From Chrysemys picta bellii (Eukaryota), in assembly GCF_011386835.1 (NCBI RefSeq), contig NC_088797.1, positions 26,412,001-26,476,000 on the forward strand: a stretch of 64,000 bases of DNA, given 5' to 3'. The notes under the pieces are model-generated. The model was not told where the DNA came from. It searched no databases and was given only the letters and a program-made list of their open reading frames with translations. The translations under genes were made by a program, and so were the position numbers. This document shows, piece after piece, positions 24,670-37,823 of this stretch; positions within the stretch are counted from its first letter, which is position 1; each line of letters begins with the position of its first letter.

Positions 24670-27600
24670 TTAGTTTTCATTCATATTTTTAAGCCCTCGT
24701 TTAAATATACCAGATTGTATCACACGCTGTCAAGTTAAATTCTGTAAGTACTGATTTAACATGCATATAGCTATTATAAATTTGCCAGCCAGTTGTGGGG
24801 TGTACATTTATCTGTACATAGGAGTTATATGCCACATAATAGAATGACCGATGTGTATTCCTAATAGCAGTATTTTATCGTATTACATGCAAAGAGAATC
24901 CAAGCTTAAAAAATACAATGGGTGAAAGCTTGCCCTCATTAAGGTCAATAGGAGTTTTGTCATTGACTTCAGTGGGCCAGGATTCCACCCAATGTGATCT
25001 TAATTCTTGTGCAGATACTTTGAATATTAAGAACTTTGTTCTAAATTCAAGCTGATGTCTAAGGGAAATCCAGACCTTACATTCTCTCATATCTTCTACT
25101 GCAAGTGGTTTTGTGTGTTAATGTGGTAGATGACATGGTGCTATGGTGAATGGACCTCCATTTAAAAAAAAACTAATTAAATTTTATTATATACCTTAGA
25201 CAGGAAGAGAAAATGTTGATTTTGCATGTTTCCTCTAAATTAACAAAGATTTTATTTGTATAATCTTAACAAAACACTTTAGTTTAATGTTAACTATTGT
25301 TTCATCAGTTATTAGCGAGATTATGGTGCCATGTTGCATATGCTTTTTAGTTATTTAAAATAGATAGTCTTACTTTAAAAGCGGTTTTAATTTTTATCAC
25401 ATCTGTGGTAGATTTACTACACTTCCTGTAAAATATTTGCTAAGGTAATGAGTATAACATTAACAAAGCCTACATTTTATGTGTCAGTCAACATTACTTG
25501 GTTCTTTTCCCTCTCATTCTGTTAAATCTCATTTGCATTTTATTGTGAATTATTTATGCCTGAATGCATTTTTAAAAAGTAAACAGGCATGTGTGTATTA
25601 ATATAAATTGTCATATTTGTCAAATGTGACCCAAGCATCCATTTTTGTTTCTGAAGAGGTTTTTAATATCAAACAGAAGAAAAATGTTTGTATGTATTAA
25701 TATATATATAATTCAGATGTAGCAATGTTTCATATTCTATACATGTGTGCTTGTATCCTTTTCAAGAACGTATAATAGAGATATAGAAATAGGTAATATA
25801 GATGCATAAAAGATAAATATTATATATGGAAATAAATAATACAGAGTGTATACCTCAATCATATTTCTATACTACTGTATACATTTTCAAGGATAGTACA
25901 GAATCTCTTTTTCTCTATAGACTACTTTACACATCTCCATATTAGAATTTGGATTCATTTAGAATGTGTTCTTCTGATGACATGTATTTTTTCCCTTTAC
26001 CTTCCCATCTGGAAATTCACTACATCCTTCCTTTGACTCCTTCTTCCCCCACTGAGCTGCTGTAAAATGTGCTGGTAGGAGGTAATCTGCCTTTCCTCTA
26101 CCCGGTTGGGGTAGTGTGCTTCTTTTTAAATGATCTGGCCTTGAAACTCTGCCCCTCCTTTTTGAATAGCAGAACATTTACTAAAATAAACTTTTATTGA
26201 AAACAAAAGCTCTACACTGTCAGATGAGCATTAAACAGGGGCACAGTGCTTGGAGGCGCTCTTTCTGTATTAGTGCATTTCCGAGCAGCAAATGCAGAGA
26301 ATGTAAAGTAAAATACAGTTAATTATTCCCATGTCTTATCTATAATTTGGAAATGGTGAGGGTATGAATGAATGAATGTCAATGCCTCCTGGAATACTAT
26401 TTATTTGATTCTTTTACTAGAAGTTAAAGGTTGTACCATGTGTCAATGGAAGAGGAGGTTTTCTTGGCTTTGACCTCTGACTTCGACCGCATGATAATTT
26501 AGCCATTCCTACTATACCTAATACCTTCACTAGCCTAAGCATGTTTACCGAGTACTATGCATTCAGATAAACATATTTTTTTCATATTGGAATTTTTGCT
26601 GGTAGACATTTCCTCTGTTTTTTCCAGACCACATCCCCTTGCAGCCATCACCTTTTGTTCAGTCTGTCATTTTGAGATGTGTCTCTACTAGGGAGAGGAG
26701 AATCCAAGGCCCTAATCCTGCAAACACTTATGCATGTGCTTAACTTTACTGCTGTGTATAGTCCTATTGATTTCAATGGTACTACTCATGGGAGCAAAGT
26801 TAAGCATGTGTTTTAGTGTTTTCAGGTTTAGGGCCTTGTTGGCCAAGTTCAGACTTACTTGAACATCATGATTTTGAAACTTTGACTCAAACTCAAATGT
26901 CGTTCAGTTCAAATTCTACTTAGAACTTATTGTGGGGAATAAGAGGAACAAAGATGAGGTGTGAGAAAATATTCCAGTGAAAGCATAGGTGAAAAATAAA
27001 GCCAAAAGAGGACAGAGAGACAAATACAAAGAGACACTGTAGGAAAACAGTGGGGAGAGACAGTGAAGTTCTAAGGAAAAAAAAACACAATTAAAAACAA
27101 TCATATACAGGCCGCCCACTTGCGCCAGCTCAGCTTGGGTGCGGGGATGTTTCTACTGCCTCTAATATATACCACAGGCTTCCCTTAAGATAGAAAAAAC
27201 ATTAAAAATATATTAATCATCCTTAAACAAAAAAACATGTGTTTGAATGGCAGGCAAAAGGCTTGCAAGGTCAGAGTATTTGTCTTGTGAACTCTGGAAA
27301 ATAATTCACAAAGTGCACAAAACTTCTGACTATGAGATTCACCCATCTTAGCCCCCAGCCTGCCCTCACTGATATGCATGATAACTATACATGTGTGCAG
27401 TCCCATCGGACTGGGACTACGCACAAGGGAAAAGTGACTTACATGCATAGGTTCTTGCAAAATGGTTCCTTAGTCCTTATCTTGTACATCTTATACCTAC
27501 ACTATAATATCATCATCAGGAGCGAAAATGAAACAGATTAGCTTTGACTGGTTTTGGACCAAACAGCTTGTATGACCTTTACTTTTTCATGTAGGAAATT

Positions 27601-28890
27601 GTTTATCTTCCCCTATGATAGCATGCACAAGTGAAAGACTGGCAGAACCAGGCAGTCTGAAGGAATCTGTTGCTTTTGCATGCAACTCGAAGTCTTCTAA
27701 AACAGCTGAATTTGCGGAGTTAATGCAGAGTAGTTAAGGCATGCGCCAAAGCTGTGTTTCTGGAGTCAACAACTTGCAGGTATTGTCTATTTATATTACA
27801 GTAGCGCCAGTCAAGATCACATACCCATTGTGCTATGTTCACAATAAAATCACTATCCATTGATGCTGGAATATTCCTTGGAATTGATCAGATGTGGCAT
27901 CCAAAAGAAATTTCAATTCAGACAAACAGAGAAATGCCATCGAGTCGCACATAAGACCATGCTTCGCTCAGTCAGGAAATAGATTTTGGCAATCCCTACT
28001 GGCCATCAGCCTAGTTGTTATGAGCTGGTAATGTCTCATAGGTGATATGACAGAAGAGGGTCTTAAGGAAGGATTGGGAAGCGAATAGTGTTAATGGCTT
28101 TATGGTCTGGTTCAGGGAGGGTGTTTCAGTCGTGTAGAACAGCATGGAAGAAAGCAACAATAACTTTGAGCTGAAGGGCACAAACAGATGGTATCATTGG
28201 CAGAGCAATTGGAGGTAAGATATGAGAGTGGATAAATAGGGATGTGCAGAGTTGTCAGGGTGAGGATGGCTGCATTTTTCTGTTCTAGTCTGTATAGGTT
28301 CTTTATGCCACACTTACCACGGTAATATCTGAGTGCCTTTCAGTGGTGCATTAAGTGACATGACTAATGTCTGTCACATTCTGTTTGCTTTCTCATACTG
28401 TCCCTGGGGGAAAAATGTGTGCAGTGGAATGTTTTCTTTTGGTAATTGATGTATATAATATAGATGTAAACCCTGTGGCCTGAAGCCCTAAAGAGTAGGG
28501 AGCTCGCTATTGACACCTGTAGGTGAACAGGGTAAAAAGCAGCTTGGAGCTACTTGAGAACTCCAGTTGGACAGAAATTCCACAGAGAGGGAACGCTCTG
28601 CCAGCATCTGTTGGTGAGCACCGGGAAATGGCTGAAGGGGTAAGCTGTCTGCTTTTCTGTTATGTGACAGCTCTAGGCATTTTGGTAAAAGTTCAGCTAA
28701 GTTTGAAGTTTGGGGGTGATGAAACTTTACTAAACCTGTTGGGAAACTAACAGGCCAGTGAACTGCCTGAGTGTGCTTGTGACCATAACTTCAGTCTGTT
28801 AGGTTTGGGTAAAACACCCTGGAAAGACTAGAGACAGGTGAGAGGGTCCTGCTTTGTGCTGGGTGCCAAGATACTCTGGAGAGTGGGAGT

Positions 28891-29247
28891 CAGGGCCAGG
28901 TCCACGCACCAGCCTGGCAAGCAGGTGCTTGGGGCGGCCACTCCGGAGAGGGGCAGCAGGTCCAGCTATTCGGCGGCAATTCGGTGGACGGTCCCTCACT
29001 CCCACTCGGAGCGAAGGACCTTCCTCCAAATTGCCGCCGCAGATCGCGATTGTGATCGCGGCTTTTTTTTTTTTTCGGCTGCTTGGGGTGGCCTAGGGTG
29101 ACCAGATGTCCCGATTTTATAGGGACAGTCCCGATTTTTGGGTCTTTTTCTTATATAGGCTCCTATTACCCCCCCCACCCCCGTCCCGATTTTTCACATT
29201 TGCTGTCTGGTCACCCTAGGGTGGCCAAAACCCTGGAGCCGGCCCTG
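28891..29247 (+). mobile_element. hAT-family MITE (same TIR family as 7943-8185)
   Basis: Ends cagggccagg / gagccggccctg; exact 8-bp TSD GTGGGAGT at 28883-28890 and 29248-29255; interior homologous to 7943-8185 (ggcggcaattcgg, gatcgcgattg). Confidence 0.85.
29094..29218 (+). mobile_element. Small hAT (Tip100-like) MITE nested in the 28891-29247 MITE
   Basis: TIRs tagggtgaccaga / tctggtcacccta; exact 8-bp TSD GGGTGGCC at 29086-29093 and 29219-29226. Confidence 0.9.
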
Positions 29248-29623
29248 GTGGGAGTCTTACCTGATATTGCTGATGTATTAGTTGCTGGCTTTCCCAAATT
29301 TATTCTATGTCCCCCCTCCCACAAAGCTCTCTTTGTTTTAAACCCCTGGAGTCAGTGCTTGTGAGTGGGGCAGTATTGCCTATATAGGATGCCCAAGGGA
29401 GATAATTTAGTTTCCCCAAGTTTCTGGTTGGGGCATTGAGACAGCGTTGTTTAAGTTTTCAGAAGGAACCTCTAGGTAAATGAACCTGGCCCTTTTTGCT
29501 GCCAACATCTGGCAGAATGATTTGATATATATTTATTAGAGAAGTCAAGGTAAAAAAAAATGCACCTTGCCTAGGAGAGGAATGTGGTTTGTGGTAGCCC
29601 TTAATTCTTGAGGGGAATTCATT

Positions 29624-30154
29624 CTACAGGCTTTGTCTGGTCCCTGAGAAAACTCTGTCTCCTGCACAGATGAGTTTTACTCTTATTGTAGGACATTCCA
29701 TTGTGCCACAGGAGTGAAGAGTCCTGTAGAATCTGTAGACTTTTTCCACAGTAGTCTTCTGGCAGAGATCAAAGTAATTGGTGCCTAATCCTCCTCCTAG
29801 CAGCACTGCAAATCCTTAAGCCATTGTGCAAAAAAACCCAGCAAGTTTCCCAGTTTCAGTTTTCTCAGGCATACCAGCTCTTCTTAGATTTCCAATTTTT
29901 GGCTTTATATCTACTTTGTCCATCTTGTATTGTAACACGTTATTTTCCTTGAGCAATGTATTAAACATGCCAACATATCCTGCACAGCTAGTTTGCAGAC
30001 CAGCAAACCTGTTTTCAGCACCTACTAATCTCTTAGAAAAAGACTCCACTTTATTTTCAATAGCAGAGACAGTCTGTGAGAAGTCTAGTCTTTCATGTAT
30101 CAAATCCTGCACTGCAACATGACTTGTTTCAAATCTAATATACCAGTCTCCCAC
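29624..30154 (-). pseudogene. L1/Tx1-type ORF1p (transposase_22-like) relic
   Basis: Coiled-coil heptads (VSAIENKVESFSKRLVGAENRFAGLQ) are followed by KMDKVDIKPKIGNLRRAGMPEKTE, which aligns without gaps to the ORF1p motif KLDDLENRSRRNNLRIVGLPEG.E. A later VEKVYR...PTIRVKL resembles IERAHR...PRPIIVKF. One in-frame stop at 29816-29818. Confidence 0.65.
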
Positions 30155-32272
30155 ACAAGGACTTACAATAGTGGATGCAGTTCCCAGTGTAGTCTGCCGT
30201 GCTGCTTGGGTGGTGCTGGAAGTTTATTTTTAGACATGGATGGAAACAGAAGGCTTACTTACCCTTTTCTCAAGTGCCAGCTCTAGCAATCACAAGAAAA
30301 TTCCAAAAGAGCAACACAGAAATGAGATCACAGAACTGTGTCTGTAAACTTAACAATCTCTCCACTATGGGCTGGCAGCAAGAACTGAACCTAGGATCTT
30401 CATACTAAAAGCATAAGCCTTGACCGCTTGAGTTAAAGCAGCAACTAGCATTTGCAGTTGACTATTACCCTTTTATGTGAAACTGCCACTCTAGGGGAGC
30501 ACACAATACCCAGTGAGTGAAATATGCAGAACCACTAGCTACCATCTTCAGAGACAATGAACTACAACAGATCTTTGATGTATCTATAAAACAAACGCAA
30601 AACCTGTTGGAAGTTACACCTATACATTCCCTTCAGGTAAACCGTACTGAGGAGCAGTGGTTGCCTAATATCTGTGATACAGTGCATATTGTGTGCAATC
30701 AGAATATCTAAGAGGCTAAAAGCACCATTGTTCACCACACACATTCAGTGTTGATTGACACTCTGCATGTTCTTCTAGTTTCCGTATTTCCTCCTCTACA
30801 GTATGAAGGAGAAAATGTCCCTTCCCCCAGTAGCCAAAATAGTGGACAGGTCACTCACTCCCAAAAGGCTGCAGGGAGTTTGGGGAGGTGAAGATGATGT
30901 CAGGAAAGTCCTGCTAATTAGCTTCACAAAGAGGTCTAAATAAATCTCAAAAGGAAATGGAACATAAAAAGTAAGTTTTTTCATGATGTTTGCATTGTAA
31001 CACACATCACAAATTCTGTACTTCCTGAGGGCACATGAGGAAGTAACACTAACTACTCATGTTCAGTAGTAGCAGAGCTGTACACCAGGCCTACTTCAAC
31101 CATTGGGTGTGGTCCTTGCATGTTGCCAGAAAAGCTCTTGGTGCAACAAAATTTGATCACCATTGCTGGGGAGCATTTTAATTTAAACTTTACCTGAGCC
31201 CCTAGTAGTTACTTCCATTTCCAAGTGCCCACCTTTACATGGTGCTATTTAGGTAGCTAGTCGTCACTGGAGAGAGATAGGTATTGCTATACTGCTGTGC
31301 AGTCAGCAAGGCTGCCCTTTGTAGTGAAGCTTCCTCCTAATAGAACTTGTAATGAGGAAAACTCTCTGAAGTAGATGTTCTGCAGAATTAAATAGGATCA
31401 ATATGTTCTGCTTGAGGTCAAAGACACTTAGACTTATAGTGAGGGAATCAGAGGTGGGTTCCAGATCTCATATACTGAGATGGTTGAGCCATTTGAGATA
31501 CTTTTATTTAGCAGACTTGGTGGCAAGATAGCCACCTAATCAAGTATAAAATACATCAGGGTATTGAGATAGTCCTGATATCTTCCTCAGTTACTTTGAT
31601 ATTTGAACACAGGAATATCCCCAAGAGCTTAAGACAGTACTACATAAACAGTCTACTAGCCCACATCATGTACCTGTGTGACAATTTTGGGACTCTGCCT
31701 ATGTACATCTTTTGAATTCTGATTGATTGTATGAACCCTAAGTATAACTTCAGCCCTCAACGTGTAGTAAAGTAGACATGGGCTGTCAAGGACTCTCTCA
31801 TGTATAATACACTCCGTCTAGAAAAAGCGACAGAACAAACAAAAGAAGTTGTTAGCATTCTAATGACTCTACTCGGGCAGGACTATGGGCAGGCTAAGAA
31901 GCTGGAAGACACTGGTTATTGAAGGTGGTCTGCAGGGAGAGGGGTGTTGGAGCAGTGGAACATCCCCAAAGCAGAATGAAGAATACAAATGTTAGTACTA
32001 GCATTTAAAAACTCAAAGGAAACTTGGGGCAGGAGAGGAACAAAAGGGCAGGCTTTTGGCAGGAGAGGGGACTCTTAGTGGGACCAGTCAAAGCTGAAGG
32101 AAACTGATTGCTGATGTCAGAGAGAGGCTCCATCAGTTGGAGGAGACACCATGAGTGGCAGGAGGGGGATCCTGAAAATCCTAGAGGACACTGACCAAAT
32201 CTCAGAAACACTTAACAGTGGTGAGTAAACTGGGGCAGGGAATGATATATAGGCATTTTGTTGTTTTACCTA

Positions 32273-33124
32273 TGTAACCCCTTTGGGGTTTAGAGAGTGT
32301 GGCCCCTTTAAATCTTTTTCCTAAGGGGGCAGGGAGAGCAGTGAGAGAAAGGAGGGAACAGGTTGTGGCTCTGGAGCTCTGGGGAGAGAAGGGCTGCAGC
32401 CCGCAGGCCCTCACAAAAGTGAAGCAGCAGAGAACCTGCCTGAAGCCTGGGAAGGACAGGGCCGATCGGGGACACCCCAGGACAGGAGCGAAGAGGAGCA
32501 CTGTGCCAGGGAGGAATCGCCCAAGAAGGACAGGTCGGAGCAGGACCCAGTATCACTGCTGCCCAGAGCTGCATGGGGCTGTGAGTACTGGGGCTTGTGA
32601 CTCTGCATTGGGGACAAGGAGGGAGGTTGTTAGCTAGTTAAGTGGGCAGGTGGTTGCTCTGTGTGGCTTTGCAGAGAGCGGCAGAAGAGGGCACCAGAGG
32701 GGTTTGTTGGGGGAAGTTTACTGGCGCCAAAGATGACCAGGAGCACCCAAGACTCACCACTGGACTGGAACTTTACTCAGGACTCCTGAACTCTGTGGGC
32801 AGACACATTGCCGGATGTCTGCCCTATCAGACTGTGCTTCCACTGGGCCTGTGAGGTTTGGGTTTGAACACAACCCTGTTCTACTGCTCCCCCTATATTT
32901 CCACTTGTTGTTTTCCTCCTCTCATCCCTCTGTAAATAAATATTTCTCTTTCTTATATCCATTGTAGTTTTCCTGTGGGTCTGTGTGTTCACTCTGGGGG
33001 GTTTGGAACAGGTGCCCCTTGGGTGGAAGGGATTTTTCCTGCTGCATTCCTGCATGCACTTTCTCTTGGCCAGAGCTGCCTGCAGAGCAGACTCCACCTT
33101 GGCTATGAGGGCACTAACGTTACA
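32273..33124 (+). mobile_element. Solo LTR, Gypsy-like (852 bp)
   Basis: Perfect terminal IR TGTAAC...GTTACA; exact 4-bp TSD CCTA at 32269-32272 and 33125-33128; AATAAA near 32935. Confidence 0.85.
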
Positions 33125-33754
33125 CCTAGATCTGTAAATCTCATGTACTATCTAAAGTAAAGAGTTATTGTTTTAGAAGTCCTCTGCAAAGCCTGTGTCT
33201 GTTTAACTCAATTATCACATGTCCCTGAAGAAGAAGATTGTAAACCAGAGTGTCCATAAAGTTGGAGCTCTGGGAAAGTCTGTGCTTAAGAAACTGGAGA
33301 GTCTGGGGAGCAATCGATGGTCATAGGGCCTAGGTAGCTGGACCTTGGGGGCGGGGGTCAGCCCTCAGAAAGGGATGCTAGAAAGAGAGTCTGCAACTGA
33401 GAGTATGCCTAGAAACCCAGAGCCAGAGGCAATGCCTGCACCCTGCTCAGACTCAGGAAAGCTTAAAAGTGATCAGTGTGGGATCCAAACTTAGCAGCCT
33501 GGTGAAAGTCCAGGGTAGCTTGACCAGGGCTGTGATACTGAATACAGTAGTATCTCCAAGAGCTTAAACCAGTACTACATTAAACAGTCTCCTTGTCCAC
33601 ATCTGCACATGGCAAGAGCCTTCTCATGGTTTCTGGATCAAAACTAGAGCCCAGCACTAGTGACTTTGAATCTTCCTTTCATTTTAAGGCATGATGAGGC
33701 TTTGGAAGGAAGATCTAAAATAATAAAGAGTAGGGGAGCTGTACTGTGTCATCT

Positions 33755-34295
33755 GACCATGTATCACCTGGGAAGACCAACACACTAACATCAGCATTCT
33801 CTCTGCAGCCAACAGCAGCAGTATAGAAGCACAGGTCATGAATCACCAACTCCACTGGGCTGGCCACTGTATACAAATGCCCGACACTTGCCTCCTGAAG
33901 CAAGTACTCTTCTCTCAGTTAAGTCAGGGAAGAAGGACTCATGAAGAGCAGCGGAAGTGCTTCAAAGACATTCTGAAAGTACACCTTAAAAAGGGAGGCA
34001 TCAACCCAACAAACTGGGAGGACTTGGCACAGAACAAAACACAGTGGCACTACCCATATACCAAGCCACAGCTCATTTTGAGGAGAAAAGATGTGCTCAT
34101 GAGACAGAGAAGCGACAAAGGAGGAAAGAAAGGGCACAACAGGCCAGCCAGCGACTTTGTCTCCTCCAAGATTACACTTGTCACTTCTGTGGGGAAATCT
34201 GCAGGGCACAAATTGGGCTCCTCAGCCACTTAAAAACCCACCAATGAACCCCCTTGGCAGACATCATCCTTGCATTGAGGGATAGCTGAAGAAGT
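33755..34295 (+). mobile_element. 5'-truncated RTE-clade LINE (3' end of ORF with CCHH zinc finger)
   Basis: QLHWAGHCIQMPDTCLLKQVLFSQLSQGRR...QRKCFKDILKVHLKKGGINPTNWEDLAQNKTQW, then after a frameshift CHFCGEICRAQIGLLSHLKTHQ*; short gaagaag tail. Confidence 0.85.
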
Positions 34296-34929
34296 AGTAC
34301 AGTGGGTGAGTCAGGTTTCCCCAACATGATAGCTACAATATTCCAGCAAAGTGAGCTAACAAGGAGCTATGAAGGTAAGCAATAAGTGCTGGGTATTTGG
34401 CTACCACATTGCAGTTTTAGTCATGAGCATTTTGGAAAGGTCATACCTATTTCACTATTATCTTGACAAAATACTTTGAGTTTTTAACTTCTGGGATAAA
34501 TTATAACCGTTTTTTTTTATCATTGCTTTTACTCATGCTTTCAGCACTTCTCTCCTGTGACATGATCTAATTCTGTCTGCTTCCCTGACAGTAAATGAAA
34601 ACATCTTGGGAATGCAGGATGGGCACAGGTACAAACTTTAAAAGCAAGTAGTGATCAAAGACTGCACTGGCTAACCACTGAACAATTTCTAATTAACTTA
34701 CAGCTATCTTTAGACATAGTGATCTGAATGATAAAGAGCAAGTATTTGTATGGAAGGCACATAATAAAAATAATGACATGTAAAATGTAAAACTCAATAC
34801 ATAGCATAAGATATTTTACAAATTAAACAAACTAGAATTATTTAGCCTTATCATGCCATCAGTTTTTAAACAGAATTACGTGAAATTAAAGGGGAACTCT
34901 GCTTAAAAACCAATGGCAAAATATGGCCT

Positions 34930-35500
34930 ATATAAATTAGAGATGGAAAAGACCAGTGATGTATGCAGGGCTGTCCCCTTCAACATTTTCTAGAGGGCTC
35001 TGTCTAGTCTAGTTTTAAATGAAGTAAGCATCAGGTCTTTCACTTACCTTGGGAGACAGTTGTATGGTCTACTACAAGACTGCCAAGTTAGGTGTATATA
35101 TATATTATATTGCATCCCATTTCTTATTTCCTATCCATGTTTTTAACCTCTTCAAGTCCTTTTGTATTCTTTGTCCTTACTTGGGTTTGCAATGCCTCCT
35201 AAATTAATATAATCTGCACATTTAATTTGTATGTTTTTTCCCCCCCCCTCTTCAAGATGACTAATACAGATCTCAAATAAAACAGAGGCCAACACCGATC
35301 CGTCTGGCACTCGACTGGATCCTTTTTCCCAAACTTGTGGAGACTGCGCTTACGTCCTGGTCCTCAGTCACTTTCCCATCCATGTATAAATGCACACACC
35401 AATCGGAATTACTTTTTCAAGTGAGACGGCGCGACACTGTACAGTATGTTTCTGATGTCTCAACACATTCCATCCACTGCATTCTTTCCATCGACTAGAG
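34930..35500 (-). mobile_element. Ancient CR1/L3 RT and 3' fragment
   Basis: Minus strand gives SRVPDGSVLASVLFEICISHLE...IKCADYINLGG, a decayed version of [22 protein letters not shown]...SKFADDTKLGG. Confidence 0.7.
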
Positions 35501-37686
35501 CAAGATTCTGTGCTCATTTACATTGATATAAATCTGGAGTAACTCCATGAACTGCAGTGGAAACTCTCCTGAGTTACATCCAAGTAACTAAGAATAAGAA
35601 TTTGGTCCTGCATTTGTAAATTGCTTTAAAAATAATCAGATTAACCTGGTATAATTTGTTTTTGATAAATGTCAGACCAGCTCCTCGGATGGTGTAAATC
35701 AGCATTGCTATGGAGCGATGCTCAAGCTCTGGCCCCTATTGTTTAGTGCATGTTCCATTATCCTCTAGTTACCTAGATTTTTCTCTCTTGATATTTGTTC
35801 CATTATTTACTAGGGACTAAAGTTAGAATTAATGTGCCGTAGTTGCAAAGATTGCTATTTCCCCCCCTTTTTAAAGATTGAATTTTTCCTAATTTTATGA
35901 TGCCTTCCTGGGTCTCCTTGACTTGCTACTAGTTCAGTCACTCAAGTGAAAATGAATTTTTTCTTTCTTATCGTAAATAGCACATCAAAATTCCTTTCCT
36001 AGAAGCAGAAGCGACCACAAATAAAATATTTTAAAATAAGTATTTTTCAACAATACTGATGCCAAATTCAAAATTTATCTCATACTGGAACAATCCCCCT
36101 GGAATTTTTACTAAGACATGTATTCTTTCCTACAAATGCTGGAACAGATTTTAAAGCACATAAAGGTGTATAGAGAATGTCTATGCTGATCATTACATTC
36201 ATACAGGCATGTAACAATAAATAAATAAATTAGTTTCTAATATTTCATCAGTTTGATTTAACTGGCTCTTTCCATTAAAACTTCTTCATTACAGTAGACT
36301 GATAAAAAATCACAGGGTGGTATTTGAGGATGCAAGAATAGTTCAGAAGAAGAACAGTGAAAATACTTATAGCATAGACTGGATTTCCACTATGTTCAGG
36401 GAAACAGGGACTTTACATAAACTCCAGCTAGAACAGAATGTGGCTGCCAGGTTTCTTATGAAAAGGAGATGACAGGAGCACATTTAATTTATTTTGAAAA
36501 AGTTACATTGGCTGCCAGTCAAATATCATACTGGTTTTGAAATTGCACTCCTTGTTTGCAAGGTGTTACATAGTCATGGCCTATCTAATCTTTGATTGTC
36601 TTAGTCTTCACATTCCTGGTTGTTCTCTGAGATCTACTGAACCACATTTCTTGGTTGTTCCAAGTTTTGCCTAAAGAGCAAGGGCTTTCACCTTTTTATG
36701 CTTTGTCTCTTGTACCAGAATGATTTTAAGCATAGTCCTTCATTTTATTCAGGAAATATTTGTTTAAATTCAAAATGAAATTTTTTATTCAATGTTTGAA
36801 AAAGGGATATTTTTTAAAACATTGTAGTTGTGTGTGCCCCTCCCGTTCCCCCACCCTATTTTTACTGTTTTGCAACAGCGTGCATGATATTTGGTTTCGT
36901 TTTGTTCTCTGCTTTTGCCTCTTTCATTTATTTTTCCCATTTTCTATTCTGAAACTTCTCAAAACTTCTCCAACCCTGTAAAATTTGTAGAACAACAAAT
37001 GGGGGTGGGGGGAGAGAACACTCTAACTTTGCCCCTCTGCAACATTTCAAAATTCCCTCAACTTTGGAAAATTACAGTAGCAAGTTACAGTCATTCATAG
37101 TTTAGCTTCCTTCTGTTCATCTCCAGAAAGCATTTTGACTGTTCCTTGTGTGTAACTTTTAGCGTGGGTAGGGCTACCCTTTTCTTCTGTAAACCTGAGT
37201 AAGAGTGCTTTTTTCAGAATACATTTATATGTGTTAATTTCCTCTTGGACATTTTTTTTTCTTCTTTTTCTTTTCCTTGACAACGATTTGCTTTATAAAG
37301 GCAAACTCACCTTGTTATCTCAACTGGCAATGCAATGGGTGGGACTGGAAACTGTTGATTTATTTTTACCACCAGTTAGTTTATTTTCTGCAAAGCACTT
37401 GATTTATTCTCCTTGCCCACAGGGATTTCATCTTTCCTACTGTTGTTTAATGCTTTACAGTTTAATTAAGCTCATTCCATAATTTGAAAAACCACAAATG
37501 GGCAGCTTTTCTTGCTAAAATAAGATGGTTACTTAGGATCAAATAAGCCAATGTTAGTGCCACCCACTACTACTACATACAGTGACCTAAAAGAGACTCA
37601 GCCCGTACACCTGCAGAGCAAAAGCTAAGGAATGGAACCCATATTAACATTTTTTTTGAGCTGTATGACCAAGATGCTACTTAGAA

Positions 37687-37749
37687 AGAAGGACTTGGAT
37701 TAAGACCAGATTTTTTTTACCATGCCAACTATATATATAGTAAAAAATA

Positions 37750-37823
<74 letters not shown>

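Larger units (their letters stand above)
28465..29527 (+). mobile_element. LTR-like element hosting nested MITEs
   Basis: Starts TGTAA and has LTR-like GA-rich composition similar to the solo LTR at 32.3 kb; right boundary uncertain. Confidence 0.45.

Noticed and set aside
7100-30154. Single L1 element formed by the ORF1 relic (29.6 kb) and the RT relic (7.5 kb)
   Set aside because: Same strand and correct order, but about 22 kb apart with unrelated unique sequence between them.
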